Below, piece after piece: positions 63,767 to 64,000 of a stretch of DNA of 64,000 bases. Numbering within the stretch: the stretch's first letter is position 1; each line of letters starts with the position of its first letter. The stretch is taken from the NCBI GenBank assembly GCA_021613535.1, contig CP075497.1, forward strand, positions 11,656,001-11,720,000, given 5' to 3'. The position numbers were made by a program, and so were the translations under genes. Under the pieces are notes generated by a model. It had not been told where the DNA came from. It saw only the letters and a program-made list of their open reading frames with translations, and searched no databases. Source of the DNA: Adineta vaga (Eukaryota; Animalia; Rotifera).

Positions 63767-64000
63767 CTTTAATTATCAATCAGACTATTTACAAAAATGA
63801 TTGTCCTTCATTGTAATGGAAAAATGTGATTGTCAAATGATCATCGTTATCGGATGGCTGATAAGACTAACCAGTGTTAAACGATGTTGTTTTTTCTCAT
63901 TAGTGACAACTATTGAAATGAAAATAAGTTATATCGACATCTATAAAACAAACTGATTTCAAATGAACTTGTGAAAGATTGAAAATATTTTGTTCGTTGG

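Noticed and set aside
1-64000. CRISPR arrays, rRNA/tRNA genes, prophage or bacterial contamination
   Set aside because: No regularly spaced repeats or RNA-gene signatures seen by eye. Foreign-looking genes are interleaved with intron-rich animal genes and share their base composition.

Overview
AT-rich, gene-dense eukaryotic (animal) DNA with many short GT-AG introns of about 45-80 nt. Intron size, base composition and several non-metazoan-looking enzymes fit a bdelloid rotifer; this is an inference. Gene models were spliced by hand and families assigned from remembered motifs, with no database search. Recognisable genes in order: the 3' end of WDR19/IFT144, an FKBP-TPR protein, a GPX7-like peroxidase, two tandem alpha/beta hydrolases, a bacterial-type SDR, a probable neuropeptide precursor, NDPK, LRRC71, C4orf33, an HRI kinase, SEC11, a ~6 kb pseudogene tract (EMC2 twice, a TDP-43-N-like piece, PPP1R21), C1D, TOP3B, PSMA5, a disordered orphan, BMS1, NUDCD3, an intron-containing Zator-transposase-derived gene, DUF3431 and FkbM-like genes, an F-BAR protein, protein kinase D and RNF41. 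Main points of interest: (1) operon-like runs of co-oriented genes where a splice acceptor without an obvious donor sits just before each start codon, with only 24 nt between the NUDCD3 stop and the BMS1 ATG; (2) an upstream signal-peptide exon in frame with NDPK; (3) an amidated, CRF-like prohormone whose Gly-Arg signal lies on its own terminal exon; (4) a probably domesticated Zator transposase; (5) mutually exclusive kinase exons in PKD; (6) a 168-nt identical tract shared by otherwise diverged paralogs.
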